A stretch of DNA of 64,000 bases from Basidiobolus meristosporus CBS 931.73. Taxonomy: Eukaryota > Fungi > Basidiobolomycota. The stretch covers positions 1-64,000 of the forward strand of contig MCFE01000005.1 in the NCBI GenBank assembly GCA_002104905.1. The letters run 5' to 3'. Numbering within the stretch: position 1 is the stretch's first letter; each line of letters begins with the position of its first letter. Below the pieces are notes generated by a model. The model was given only the letters and a program-made list of their open reading frames with translations. It had not been told where the DNA came from and did no database searches. Both the position numbers and the translations under genes were made by a program. Positions 1 to 12,850 of the stretch are shown in pieces.

Positions 1-610
1 CACGATACCAATGATGTGTGAGAGATTGATCTATGCTTCAGATCGCTATTTGTGACATACCACCCAACCAATCTCCGGTTTCAAATCAAGTGTCATATTA
101 ATAACTCCTTCATCACTGACTGAAATGTATCAACTGGCTGTCCTATGTATAGAAGCATCTTATGTATATTTGCAAATGAATGTTACTTACTATATGGCCT
201 CGATTGAATATAGCGCTTGTCCCAAAATTGTGAAGGCGGGGAGATTGAAGCTGGATACACATATGGTCACTACTACGGCCTTTACGATGAGCGTAGAACG
301 TATCATCGGTCTAGAGTGCGGATTACGTGTTGTTCAGCGAATGTTTTATACAAAGCCTATAAGCTTAACTTGCCAAGCAGCCACACGGTAAAATATGAGC
401 ATCACCGCGAGGAACGCCACCTAGACCTGAGTGGTCATTGATAACGAATCAAGCTTACTTCGCTTAAAGTGCATGAGGGAACGAATATTGCGTGACCTCC
501 AAAGATATACTTGACGAGTGGGCCATGATCACCGGTTCGGCTTGATTTGTTTTTCATTGGCACTTGATTTCAAATCAATCTATACACTTTATTGAACCTT
601 TAATTGATAT

Positions 611-1939
611 CTAAGCATTAACGATTCCGATGGAGGCAATCACTTCATTAGCAGCTTTTAGGCCACTTCGATAGGCACCATGCACGGTGGCTTGTGCTTC
701 AAGGCTGGTAGCTTCTCCAGCAAAGAACAAGCGATCTTCGACAGGTTCTCCCAATGCTTTCATGTTTTGAGGGGTGGCGAAGGCCTTGAAATACGAATAT
801 GAGCCATAACTGAAGGGGTCTTGATTCCAACGAGTCTGATACATGGCTACCACAGGGGCAGGTTTACCAAACATACGAGTGAGTGCTTCGAGTGCTGAGG
901 CTTTGATGGCCTCATCACTCCTCTTTTCGAGGTTAGCAGCGATGCTAGCGGCGTTGAACCCAATCAAGATGGGCTCGTTGGTGTAGTGAGCAATGTTCAA
1001 CCACTCGCCCCATAGAAGGTCAGGGCGCAGGTAAGTAAAGAGCTCCGGCTCCTGGGGCCAGAATTGTTTCTCAAATCGCAACACCGTCTTATCCAAAACC
1101 CCCATGTCGAATTTTTTGATAGCCTCCAACTTAGCCTCTGGTAGGGTGGGTTCAAAGGTGATGGAGCCGCGTTTCAATACACCCAAGGGCACCGTTACGA
1201 CGACTGCATCACAGGCATACGAAGCGTTCACAGTTTTCACGTTTGGGCTGTCATTGTACTCGATCCCTACCACTGACTCACTCAAGCGGATATTCAAGCC
1301 TTTAGCCAGTGACTTGGGGAAAAAGCTGTATCCCTTCGGGAACACTGCATCATCTCCAATGATCGTTTCGGCATAGTCATAGTAGAGTGTGGATAAATTA
1401 TCTATATCACCGCCGTATTCATGTTCGATTCTGGTGTTCACCATATGTCTCAACAGCAAGTTCTGTCCGGGGTAGTTTCGGTATAGGGATCCCAAGGTTT
1501 GATCGTCAGGGCCTTCCTGCTTAGCTTCGATCAGTTCCTCGAGTTTCTGGAACTGCATATCCCCCCGATCGAAAACCGCCTTTGGGATGGCTCCTTTCGT
1601 GTCATAGGCCCAACTGTTGGTATAGTTGGTTATTTTCATGGTAATATTTTGCTTGTGTGCTTCAGCGGCAACGGGAGAGTTCACTATACCATGGATCCAA
1701 TGTGCTCCAAAGTCGATGGTACCATTGCCCAATGGACCCGTCCATACCCGCCCGCCAATTCTGTCCCGGCCTTCGAGAACAGTTACGCTGGCTCCATTCT
1801 CTTGCAGAAGTTTAGCAGCCGACAATCCACTCACTCCGGCTCCTACAACCACTATCTTCTTCCCTTTCAGCGGCAATTCCTGCCCGGAGGCAACACCCAC
1901 AGCCAACATCGCGAAAATTAGAGCACCATCAAATATCAT
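611..1939 (-). CDS. Secreted flavin-containing amine oxidase (polyamine oxidase/LSD1-like), intronless
   Basis: GAGVSGL FAD-binding motif, LEGRDRIGGR, DFGAHWIHG, RW..DPFSYGSYS and FAGEAT...ATVHGAY.SG motifs. The likely start is ATG 1939 (MIFDGALIFAMLAVGVASG, signal-peptide-like) rather than the ORF-track start at 2080. Confidence 0.9.
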   Translation of the reverse strand: MIFDGALIFAMLAVGVASGQELPLKGKKIVVVGAGVSGLSAAKLLQENGASVTVLEGRDRIGGRVWTGPLGNGTIDFGAHWIHGIVNSPVAAEAHKQNITMKITNYTNSWAYDTKGAIPKAVFDRGDMQFQKLEELIEAKQEGPDDQTLGSLYRNYPGQNLLLRHMVNTRIEHEYGGDIDNLSTLYYDYAETIIGDDAVFPKGYSFFPKSLAKGLNIRLSESVVGIEYNDSPNVKTVNASYACDAVVVTVPLGVLKRGSITFEPTLPEAKLEAIKKFDMGVLDKTVLRFEKQFWPQEPELFTYLRPDLLWGEWLNIAHYTNEPILIGFNAASIAANLEKRSDEAIKASALEALTRMFGKPAPVVAMYQTRWNQDPFSYGSYSYFKAFATPQNMKALGEPVEDRLFFAGEATSLEAQATVHGAYRSGLKAANEVIASIGIVNA

Positions 1940-2339
1940 GGCTGCAAGTCGAATAATGAACTTTGCATAGGGGAAGACAAGGGAATTTAAAGGAATGAAT
2001 CTCCCAATGGATGCATCTAGTAACGTTTTACAGCTTTGGTGATCAGCAAACACTACCAATGAACAATGACCTACATCCACCTTAATCCGATCAAAACGTT
2101 CACATCTTCAAAATAAATCAGACAAACCCCACCCTCCATTGCTCCTATCAAGACTCACAAGCGAAATAAGCAGAATGTCCATTCACTGGACCATCAATCA
2201 GTGTTATTTCACTCTACAGACCGATCGCATCACAAAAAACCCATCGCACCAACCAAATATGCTTGGATTGCTATTAATAAGACACTTATTAATTTGGGTG
2301 GAAGTGGGTGTTGCCCCACTACGGAGCCCACACATCCGA

Positions 2340-2815
2340 TTATTCAAACGTGGTTACACCCGAATTCCCCATGAAAGGTTTCGCTGCAATTGCCAACGTA
2401 ATTTCAATTCCATCTCTGCTATAACGCGTATCTGGTGTTGGGCCAGATCCGTCATCAAACTGAATGAACCATGTTTCTTGATTTGTTGAAAACTTCGATG
2501 ACTCAGAGATGGCACTTGCTATTCTAAACGTATTCCACCAGCTACCTGGATGACTACCATGACCTGTTCCAAGATATTCTATTATTTAGTGTTTCGAGGC
2601 TCTACAGGACGAAGAGTTCCTTCGTTTTCATCATATATACATGTATGGTAGTAGACGATACCATCCTTTCTTCTAGTTATCACCAAATTACAGTATAGCA
2701 CCGATTCTATTTGCTGCTGTATAAGATTCCTTTGCTTAATTTCGTATGGAGATTTTTGTGGGGATGAATACGTAGCATTTAAACTTTTGGATGATCTTTG
2801 AAAAAAAACTTTCAA
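2340..2815 (-). other. Possible hypothetical gene fragment (two adjoining open frames)
   Basis: ORF 2582-2815 is followed by an open frame EYLGTGHGSHPGSWWNTFRIAS...GVTTFE* ending at 2340. No family recognised. Confidence 0.2.
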
Positions 2816-3339
2816 GCTTGCTGGAAATATTTTTCGGAATGTGTTTGTGGAGTTTGGTGACTTTTGGTCAACTTTGAGAAATAACTGTATTGCAGGTACC
2901 TGATATCATGGTTTAATTAATCCAAACAAGTCCATATAGACAATCAGGTCACAAAGTAAGGCACTATATAGGCATTTTACAAATCTAAATATCAGGAGCA
3001 ACACTGAGCAATATCACATCTCATGTAAATACTTTAATTTTTGCACAATGAATCAGCAAATATAGTTTATTGCTATGGCAAGACTCCAAGAAGTATTGGA
3101 AGTGGCTTAGACAGCCAAAAGGATTCAGAGATATATACCAGTTATTGGGTTCTATTAAAGTGTCAATAGTTTTTGGAAACTCTGTGAGAATAGAGATGAG
3201 AGTGATCTGAAAAAGGTCCCAGAAAGTGTTATGCAAGGTTAGGGGGCTCTTGGATAAGTTCAGAAATACCCATATCCTTCAGGCCTTAGATATTTCTGAG
3301 AGTCAGCCAGTATCTTACAACCTAAGTCCTAGGTAATTA

Positions 3340-4340
3340 ATATCGTAGATTTCGTAATTGCACCTAAATATTCACCTAACTTGGTCACTTGGATCATTGC
3401 TTACAAATCTTAGAGAATTATGGACAAACTCCTTTTCGGAATTTACTTGAAATATTTTCACCAGAATACTAGGTACTTTGAACATGAAAAATCAATAAGT
3501 TGTCTAAGCAGCCCCATTCTTTGCACATATGTTCTTGAGACTTTTCTGACCATGTTTTACGTGTTTGTTCTGCCATACAAAATAGAAATATAAATGCTAC
3601 TTTTGCCTTCAATAAATCGTAAGTGAAAACCACATAATCTACATGTTCTCCCAATCACTTCCAATATCTCCAAAACTCTTACAACAAGTGATTGATGATT
3701 CAATGTGAAGCCTATTAGGATTTAAGGATATTTGAATGGTTTTGGTGAAATATAACTACGGAAAATTGCTGCTAGATTTTAGGTAGTACTGGGTGTGGTT
3801 TGCAGGATTAGAAGAATTGCATGATGTTCACTAGGTGTTTTACTGAGTTCAAACACAGTGCTTGTAATATGAAGAAGATCTCTTAGAACCGATAATAAAT
3901 ATGCTTTCAGAGAGGTCCTGGGAGATGGTGTATCAACTTCAGGGTCTTTTAAGCTTAAAATGGATGAGTTGCTTAGATATAAGCCAAATAATTACTGTTC
4001 TAAATTTCGTAATTACACTCAAGTATTCCATTAACCTGGTCACTTAGAGCACAGTCTATGAATCTTCAAATATCTTGGCCAAGTTCATTGTCGGGATCTA
4101 CTTGGAATATTTTACTAAATATCAGGTACTCACAACATCAAAGTTCTCAAAGTTGTCCAAAGGTCCCCAAACTTTGCACATATGGTCTTTGGACCTTATC
4201 AAACCTATTGTGCATGTTCGTTTTACCAAGACCATATAAAGTATGAATACCACTTTTACATTCAATAAATCAGTAAGTGAAAACCACATAATCTACTGGT
4301 TCTCCCAATCATTTCCAATATCTCCAAACTCTTGCAACAA
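3340..4340. repeat. Degenerate direct tandem duplication, period ~653 bp, AT-rich, probably pseudogenic
   Basis: TTCAATAAATC..GTAAGTGAAAACCACATAATCTAC...CTCCCAATCA.TTCCAATATCTCCAAA occurs at ~3608-3688 and ~4261-4340. Weaker matching blocks at ~3345-3400/~3995-4050 and ~3440-3540/~4075-4190. Confidence 0.6.
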
Positions 4341-5089
4341 TTACGACATCAATTGGCTCACCTATTTAAGACTCCACATCTGATGTATATAATTTTAATG
4401 TTCAATGGGAGCTTGCAAGTGATATTGTATTATAGAAGCGACTTTTACACATTGGCTTCTAGAATCAAACCTCAGTAGACGTTATAACAAGCCCCAATGG
4501 CATATCATATGAAAATAAGCTATTTTATAATTTACAAATTTCGAGGTAAGGGCCAAGTAATATACACCACACGAAATATGTCAAACTTTTCCTTGCCTGT
4601 TGTAAAAAGGAATCTGAAGCCTATTCACGGAACCTTTAATAAGATATGCATAATATAGAATCTCTGGTGATATAGAGCATGACACCATTTATCGATACCA
4701 GCAAAATGTCAGATTAAACCCAAGCATATAGTTTTGCCAGGGGATATAAGATTGATACATTTGGTAGTATCTCGTTCAAATAACAGCTAGAATGTGTTGC
4801 GCCAAGTCTGAGATACATTCTGCCTTTTCAACGTTTCCACAATTCTGATGCATTAATACAAAGTGGCCCCAACTTACTCTGAACTGCATATGAAGTCAAA
4901 ATACATGTATAATTATACACTAGGCTAATAATTTGCAATAATAGAACTTCCTAGTTTATTTTGATTTGTACTAGAAACTAATCATATTTAATGCAGAGTC
5001 TACCACATCATATATATCTTACTATTAACATGGGTTTTTTAAAACTATATGAAAAACTATAAACAACTTGGCCAATTCTGGTCCAAGAT

Positions 5090-5962
5090 TTAGAATGACC
5101 TATCCATAAAGGTAGCGGCGTCAAAGTGCTTGACAGATCCCCTCAAGTCAATGTTCTCCTTGCCAATGAACTGCTCGTGCACCTTCTCCATAGACTTGAA
5201 GTACTTGACAGTCTTCACGTGGAGCTCGTGAGTAGCATCCTCATCACACACAATCAAGGCGGAACGATGCAACTGAATGGCTGACACGGTCCACATGTGG
5301 TTCACTCCCTCCTCGATACACTTGGCCAAGGCAACAGCCTTCGACTGGCCAGTGATGATAAGCACGATCTCACGGGCGTCCATCACAGTGGCGACACCCA
5401 CGGTCAACGCAAGCTTGGGGACCTTGTTGACATCTCCGTCGAAGAAGCGTGCATTGGCAAGGATGGTCTCGTAGGCAAGGGTCTTGACACGAGTGCGTGA
5501 GTGGAGCGAGGAGCCTGGCTCGTTGAAGGCAATGTGGCCATCAGGTCCGATACCACCGAGGAAGAGCTCGATTCCTCCAACTGAGCGGATCTTCTCCTCG
5601 TAGCGAATGCACTCTGCCTCCAGGTCAGCGGCGTTTCCGTTCAAGATATTCACGTTCTGGGGCTTGATGTCGATGTGAGAGAAGAGGTGCTTCCACATGA
5701 AAGAGTGGTAGCTCTCGGGATGATCTCTGGGAAGACCGACGTACTCGTCCATGTTGAAGGTGATCACGTTCTTGAAGGAGAGCTCTCCGGCCTTGTAGAA
5801 AGCTACCAAGCGCTTGTAAACTTGGATGGGTGAGCCACCAGTAGGGAGACCGATCACAAAAGGTCTTTCCTCAGTTGGGTTGAACTCCAAAATACGACAC
5901 TTGATGTACTCAGCAATGTATTGACTGACTTTGGAGGCGTCGTCGCGTACGATAAGTCTCAT
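5090..5962 (-). CDS. NAG1: Glucosamine-6-phosphate deaminase, copy 1 (intronless, 290 aa)
   Basis: MRLIVRDD start at ATG 5962. [17 protein letters not shown] (catalytic Asp), [17 protein letters not shown] and CDEDAT motifs of NagB/GNPDA. Confidence 0.97.
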   Translation of the reverse strand: MRLIVRDDASKVSQYIAEYIKCRILEFNPTEERPFVIGLPTGGSPIQVYKRLVAFYKAGELSFKNVITFNMDEYVGLPRDHPESYHSFMWKHLFSHIDIKPQNVNILNGNAADLEAECIRYEEKIRSVGGIELFLGGIGPDGHIAFNEPGSSLHSRTRVKTLAYETILANARFFDGDVNKVPKLALTVGVATVMDAREIVLIITGQSKAVALAKCIEEGVNHMWTVSAIQLHRSALIVCDEDATHELHVKTVKYFKSMEKVHEQFIGKENIDLRGSVKHFDAATFMDRSF

Positions 5963-6762
5963 TGTAATTGATTGAAGGCGGTAGAAGTGATTTGTTAGAA
6001 CCTCGGCATTCTCCAAGGAAACATTTATATGAGCCAACTAGATTATCGACTACTCTCGAATGGATCCCAATACACTTCCCGAAACCATGAGAATCTTGAC
6101 GGCCTTCTCAAAATGGTAGTACAGGTAATTCGAAGGGAATCGGTTGGCGCTATCATACCAATAGAAGTGAGTTATGGCAGAGATGTCGGAAGTCCGGATA
6201 CTCTTGATGCATGACGGTAACTTGATATACCCAGATCAAATCACAGCGCACTGCAATTGGAAATTGAGCCACATTTTCTTGGGTTAATTTACCAAACAAA
6301 TACTCACAACTGGTTGAGTTATTTACATCTCAACACAACCCAGTGTAAATTGTTTAACTTCGAGCATTTCCACATGCATGGTTCTGGGGACGTTCCTGCA
6401 GAATTTATGTGGACGTTCATTCAATGGGGAGTATATGTTCATATTGTTGACATTTGTAGCCATGACCGTAACTATTGGTCACTAGATTCCTGTAGCGGTG
6501 TAAGTAGGTATTAGGCTCCTGGGGATCTTTTCCAGCCGCCGGTAAGCAGACACTTGCCCACCATCGCACACAACCACATGCATTAGTAAGGAAAGGAAAT
6601 CAACAACTTTAATGATGATCCGAAAAATAAATGGAAAATTATGTGCCACGATCGTGGAGAACAAAGTTTAAAACATCATTTTGATACGAAATGTATCTTC
6701 AGTATGATACACATTATCCTACGTTTCTTTCCTAATTGACGAGAACTACAAAGTGAGGCTGC

Positions 6763-7687
6763 TTAATTGGGTCTTTGTTCGGCTTCTAACTCTTCAATTT
6801 CCCCTTCATCCTCAACATAGGGTGATGATGGAGCACTTGGCTCAGAGACTGGCTCCAACAGGGATGCAGTCTGTTCCAAGGATTCCCTAGCACCAATGTA
6901 GGGCTTCTCCTCAGTCGCAGCGCTATCGGATGCATGCTCGGACGGTGCAGCATTGTCCGGCGCGGTGATGGCCTCCTTGCCCTTCTTCTTTGATGGAACT
7001 TCCCAAGCGTACAGTGGCACGAAAGATTCGAAGAATCCAACGTCCTCGAATAAATTTGGGAAGATCCAGATACCGGGTTTGCAAACGACGAAAGTGATGA
7101 CGAAGAAGATCAAACGAACGATAGCGGTAACCATAAGCAATCCCAGCAGTCCCAATATACCAACAGAGACGTACCAAGCACCGTCTCTCATGATCGGCGG
7201 CCACAGTGGGAACATGACACCAATCAACACGATGGCAACAAGACCGATGCCACCAAGGATGGTCTTCATTTGTGAGCCCTCGTATAACCAGGCGTAATAA
7301 CCTTCCTCTTGGAAGGTTTGCATAGGGACAATAGTAAGGTTACGATCGTTACGTTCGCATTTGATGATCAAGCCAGATTGTAATAGCTCCTGCATCAGCT
7401 CCTCGGCCTCTTGGCGTGAAGCGACCTTGGGGCGTGATTTATGGACATATGAGGGGCGTAGAAGTGCGTTACAAGCACTCTTTCCTATAGAGTCAGGTAA
7501 AGAGAGGAGGTTACTGTTAGCAAGGTCATCTTAAAGAAAAGTATCAATCAACAAGACACCCACCCTTAAAATAGTTGACACGTCTTCCGTTGACAACGCC
7601 TTCGCGAGGCTTCAAGCCGGAATTTTTGGTATTGAGCAGGTATTCCGCAACTTTGAAGTGCTCCTTTGGTACTCCTTCCGTGTCCAT
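6763..7687 (-). CDS. SEC62: Translocation protein Sec62; intron 7485-7563
   Basis: Spliced N-terminus MDTEGVPKEHFKVAEYLL...RRVNYFKG|KSACNALL, then YYAWLYEG, two TM helices (FPLWP; VRLIFF) and GIWIFPNLFEDVGFFESFVPLYAW. Confidence 0.93.
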
Positions 7688-8478
7688 TTTGTTCTATTCA
7701 AGACTGTACGACTCACTCAAGAAATAATCACTCGTATCTGGGATATTGAGGGGGTTAGTTTCTTCTCTTGGTGCTGAGAAACGTTGTGAAGTGTCCCTTG
7801 GATAACTTCTAATAATCACCTTAGTGTTTCTCCCAGGAAAGAAGTGGTTCTTACACTTCACCGACTGAGGTTGGATATTTGTTGGATCTCCCACCCGGGT
7901 CAATCCAGATTCTACAGTCAAGTTGATTGATTTGATGGGAGGGGTGTCCTCAGTAAAATAGGAGCATAGGGGTCAAATACCACTGATGGTACTGCCAACA
8001 CAGTGAGTTTGCCAACTTCACACAAAATCATTGGCTGTTAATGAAATATCTCACCAACCAACCACAATCTCACTGGTCAGTATACATCAAAATCGTGCCA
8101 GTACGATACTGATGCTGATGCTGAACAAAGTAAACTTAATTGACTACTGTTTAAGCATTTATTTACAACATGGAAGTCTAGTGCATAAACACATGAACAA
8201 AGGTTGAAGGATTGATACCGCGTATATTAGTGATGACCGCCGAGCAATGAAATAGTAAAAGACTAGTAGTGTATTTACATTGAAACTTTCGTGTGGGAGA
8301 GACGAGTCGATTGCGGTGAGATTGAAGGACATTCAAAGTGTTGGAGGTAGGAATAAAAGCAAGAGCAAAATTTCACTCGTCAAATGAATTTCGAAACGCA
8401 GCGGTCTCTCGGAGATCTCCCATGTTGACTTAAAACAATCAGATATGAACGACAAACTTGAGGTCAACCTACAAGCAC

Positions 8479-10146
8479 TCAGTCAGACAAGTCGGACTCC
8501 GATTCAGAGCCCTCGTCCGAGTCGTCATTCGAGGACATGGGTGAGTAGCCGCCTCTACCCAACATGGAAGAGAGTGGCTTTTTGCCACCATGAGTGGGGC
8601 GAATACGAGGCTGCTCAACGTTACTTTCAAACACCGCAAGCTCACCAGGCTCGGACTCTTCGAATTCAATAACGCTTGGCTGGGCCTCAGCCTCTGCATC
8701 CTGGTTGTCACTTTCAGCCTCGTTCTCAACGGGAGTCGATGGTGAGGCCTCCACTTTGCTTTTCCCGTTGGTCTTGCCATTTGCCTTTCCGTTGGGTTTG
8801 CTCTCTGTGGCGCCTTTTTGGGATTTCTTCCCGCCAGGACCACGCCCTGCCATCACAATGAACTCTTGCCAGATATACTGTTTGCATTGATCGGCATTTG
8901 GCAAATCTTGGATCATCTTGGCGATAGTGGGATGAGAAAACCCGAAATAGTCGGGACCAGATGCAGAGTTACTGTGTTCTCTCTTGCGGATAGTGTTCAC
9001 TGCTTTTACAACAGTGGTCCACGCACCTGTAGCAGTGTTTGCGATAATGGGATTATCCGGCTGGTCCTCGGGCTCGATATGGAACTAAAACCATCGTTGT
9101 TAGACAAAGCCAGGCTATTCAGGAGTAACTTCGAAAGGATCTACCTTTGGCCCCTCTCCACCGTCCGATATTCTGCAGACATATGTGGTTTGACTCTCAG
9201 GATCAACCATACTAGCGTATGATCTAGATGGATAGTGCGTAACTATTAGATGAAGCACCGAGGTCAATGCTTCGACGGTGCTTACCTTTGTACAGTGTAG
9301 CCTACTGGCCATATATACCGTTCGTTGTGGAAGGTACTACGATCATATACGATTGTCCCCAAATCACTGACGGTCAACACGCCAACCTGAACCGGTAGAA
9401 TATAGTCACCTTCTTCGTTTTTAGGCAAATCTTGAACTCTGCGCGCTTTCACCTCCACTCTCTTTTGTCTTCGTTTCTTTGGCGCTGGCTCCGATGGGGA
9501 TGCAGTGGTGGGCGATTTCCGCTTAGAGTTTGCTGTGGGTGTAGCTTTAGCTGGGCTCTCTTTAGCGCCCTTCTCACTCTTCCGCTTGGGAGGGCTTCTA
9601 CGTGCCAAAGGGACATCTAAAACCGTAGGTACGTATGGACGTCAACGATATTGGTCTACACTTCTTGGAATAGAAACCAACTGACGAACATACCAGACAA
9701 GTCCGACTCAGGCTCTGAAGCGCTTGAAGCTTCGGAAAGAGGATCTGAATCCTCGAGTTTTGCTAGCCGTTCGATCAATATACTGAATAGCAATTAGGAC
9801 TGCGAAACCGGAACTGAATAAACCACAAACACAGCAAACGAGACTTACTTGTTTTCTCTCTTCAAACGGTATACTTTCCTCTCTTGTTTCTCAACAATTT
9901 CCGTCAACCTGTCAACTTCCTGTAAAAACAAGGTGTTAATGCCTTGCGCATGCAAACTCAAGTTATCAAACTTATAGATGGGCCGAGAGTGCGACCCTCA
10001 AATAAGCGAAAGGAAAGCTTTACCTCCAAAACCTCTTTGAGCTTTTGCTTGAGCTTCTTATACTTCTCGGGCGATGGGGAGGGTTCAACATCTTTGTTTT
10101 TTGAAGAACGATCCCTTTTGCTTGATGGGTAAGTCGCTAGAGGCAT
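8479..10146 (-). CDS. FYRN/FYRC-domain chromatin protein (TBRG1/NIAM-like) with an INO80E-like N-terminal coiled coil; multi-exon
   Basis: EKYKKLKQKLKEVLE|EVDRLTE...RLKRENK coiled coil. LPVQVGVLTVSDLGTIVYDRSTFHNERYIWPVGY (FYRN) and SGPDYFGFSHPTIAKMIQDLPNADQCKQY (FYRC). GT-AG introns between ORF pieces. Confidence 0.8.
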
Positions 10147-11252
10147 AGTTTACTTGTGGTACGTTGTACTTTACACAGCAGTAAGTGAAAAGGCTGTATC
10201 AGTTTTGCCAGGTAATAGAAATATGATAGGAAGAGAAAGAGTAGCGAGGCAATGTACGAGGAGCTCAAAAAATGAAACTTTCGTGATAGGAGGGAAGAAG
10301 CAGGGGTGGGTTGGAGATAGCTATCAGACTTGCAAGGGAAGGTTGCTTGATAATGCAAAGATATGATTGTAGAGAAAAGAAGGATCAGGCAGGATTGGGG
10401 AAGGAGGGTAGATCGTAATTGCATGGGGAAGAAATCACACTAGAAGGAAAGAAATCAATTTCAAATTGTACGGTAAGATAGACCGAAGAATCGATGAGCC
10501 AGAACCAGATACTACTCTATTAGGATATTAAGTAGAGGAAATTCACCGAAAAGTTACGCACCGTTGGAAAGCCCATATTAATCAAGGAAGACAGAGAAGA
10601 AAGGTTCGGTCAAGGATGGAGAGAGTATTATTATAGCATAAGAGATAAAGAACTTAAATAAGCGGAAGAGGACTGCCAGGCCAATGACTAGTTTTAAACA
10701 ACTTCGTTTCAGTTATTCCTTGTGGCATGATTTCGCGCACAAAAGGGTGAGTGTTTTGCTTTGAAGACATCATTGCCTTCGTAATGGGCTGGGTCTCGAT
10801 TAGGTCAAGACAGCAAGCTTTAAATAGATCGTTCTCTGACTAATATAGCAAACTGAAAGGGGTATTATTGCAGGGCTATAACCCAGGCAACCCTGCCGAT
10901 TTATTTTAGTGACGACAGCATGCTACCGGTTGACCAGGTGAATGATTCAACATTGCATAGAAACTATAGTATCCAGTCGGCATAGTCAATAGATGAATGC
11001 AGGCTGTTTTAATCCATATTGCGTTAGTTAGCATATTATTTGTTTATACAAGCCACGATGTAGAGTTAGGGCAAAAATGGCGGCATGAATTCCTTTTCTG
11101 GATGACTCCTCGAGCATTGGCGGATCAATATTTATCACGATCAAGCCAGCTAACTGAGCTGGCTTTGTTACCGACTGCCTTTTATGTTAGCGTATAAAAT
11201 ACGCCCGGATTTTGTTGACTCGTAGCCTGCAACTTGCACTGGTTATTTCACC

Positions 11253-12128
11253 ATGAGATTAGTTATTCGCAATGATGCTCCAAAAGTTAGTCAATACATC
11301 GCTGAGTATATCAAGTGTCGTATCTTGGAGTTCAACCCAACTGAGGAAAGACCTTTTGTGATCGGTCTCCCTACTGGTGGCTCGCCCATCCAAGTTTATA
11401 AGTACTTGGTCGAGTTCCATAAGGCTGGAGAGCTCTCCTTCAAGAACGTGATCACCTTCAACATGGACGAGTACGTCGGTCTTCCCAGAGATCATCCCGA
11501 GAGCTACCACTCTTTCATGTGGAAGCACCTCTTCTCTCACATCGACATCAAGCCCCAGAACGTGAATATCTTGAACGGAAACGCCGCTGACCTGGAGGCA
11601 GAGTGCATTCGCTACGAGGAGAAGATCCGCTCAGTTGGAGGAATCGAGCTCTTCCTCGGTGGTATCGGACCTGATGGCCACATTGCCTTCAACGAGCCAG
11701 GCTCCTCGCTCCACTCACGCACTCGTGTCAAGACCCTTGCCTACGAGACCATCCTTGCCAACGCACGCTTCTTCGACGGAGATGTCAACAAGGTCCCCAA
11801 GCTTGCGTTGACCGTGGGTGTCGCCACTGTGATGGACGCCCGTGAGATCGTGCTTATCATCACTGGCCAGTCGAAGGCTGTTGCCTTGGCCAAGTGTATC
11901 GAGGAGGGAGTGAACCACATGTGGACCGTGTCAGCCATTCAGTTGCATCGTTCCGCCTTGATTGTGTGTGATGAGGATGCTACTCACGAGCTCCACGTGA
12001 AGACAGTGAAGTACTTCAAGTCTATGGAGAAGGTGCACGAGCAGTTCATTGGCAAGGAGAACATTGACTTGAGGGGATCTGTCAAGCACTTTGACGCCGC
12101 TACCTTCATGGATAGAACTCTTCAATAG
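11253..12128 (+). CDS. NAG1: Glucosamine-6-phosphate deaminase, copy 2 (intronless, 291 aa)
   Basis: Same catalytic motifs as copy 1 and nearly identical core sequence, in opposite orientation. Confidence 0.97.
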   Translation: MRLVIRNDAPKVSQYIAEYIKCRILEFNPTEERPFVIGLPTGGSPIQVYKYLVEFHKAGELSFKNVITFNMDEYVGLPRDHPESYHSFMWKHLFSHIDIKPQNVNILNGNAADLEAECIRYEEKIRSVGGIELFLGGIGPDGHIAFNEPGSSLHSRTRVKTLAYETILANARFFDGDVNKVPKLALTVGVATVMDAREIVLIITGQSKAVALAKCIEEGVNHMWTVSAIQLHRSALIVCDEDATHELHVKTVKYFKSMEKVHEQFIGKENIDLRGSVKHFDAATFMDRTLQ

Positions 12129-12398
12129 ATGAAACAGTAATATTCCCCATGTATTATTTGATTATTTTAGAAGAATAAAAACTCTAAATTGTATAGTGGA
12201 CTGTGATCATTTTCGATATTAAGCACAAGTAGGCGTTTAAATCAAACGCAATAGTGACATGCGGACTATCCTGGATTAAAATTTCCTTCATCAACAACAA
12301 TAATGACCTCTTTGTTTACAGTTGCAGCAAGAGGTACAAAGCCAGTATGACATTTAACATCTTCACTTCTCTAGCCAAAGTTCGTCGAGCTACACAAT

Positions 12399-12850
12399 AT
12401 GGTGCAAATCCTATTACCCGCCACATCGGTCACAAGCACCCAAGATCATAGCCGAGAAATGATATTGTTTGAATTGCAGGGTTCTTTAGAGACAAGCCTA
12501 GAGGATTTGAAGAGCGTCAAAATGGGGGATATCACATACAATTCCCACGTAAGTTGTCGTTAACACCAAGTTTCATAGAGGCACTAATTCACATGCATGT
12601 CTCCTTTTCAAAGGGAGACCCGATATTGTATATTGGCAATCATAAGATTGAGGGCTCCATCACGAAGCTTCGTAAGCCTTTGGCCTTAATAAAAAAGCTG
12701 GACAAGGAAAAACTAAGCGACATTTCTATCGCTGACACTGATCATTTGGAGTATAGAATGGTGACACTTATCAAACAGAAGTACGTGTTCAAGGCTAGAC
12801 CAGATCCTGTTATTGCTGAAGATTACAAGGGGATTTCGGTGTTAAAATGA
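12399..12850 (+). CDS. CTF8: Chromosome transmission fidelity protein 8 (Ctf18-RFC subunit); intron 12549-12613
   Basis: MVQILLP...MILFELQGSLE...|GDPILYIGNHKIEGSITKLRKPLALIKK...KQKYVFKARP matches the CTF8 pattern (MVQI, ELQG, L.IG.H.L.G.I..L.KP, K..FK.RP). Confidence 0.85.

Noticed and set aside
125-441. Overlapping short ORFs at the window start
   Set aside because: Possibly the last exon of a gene upstream of the window, but no family can be assigned.
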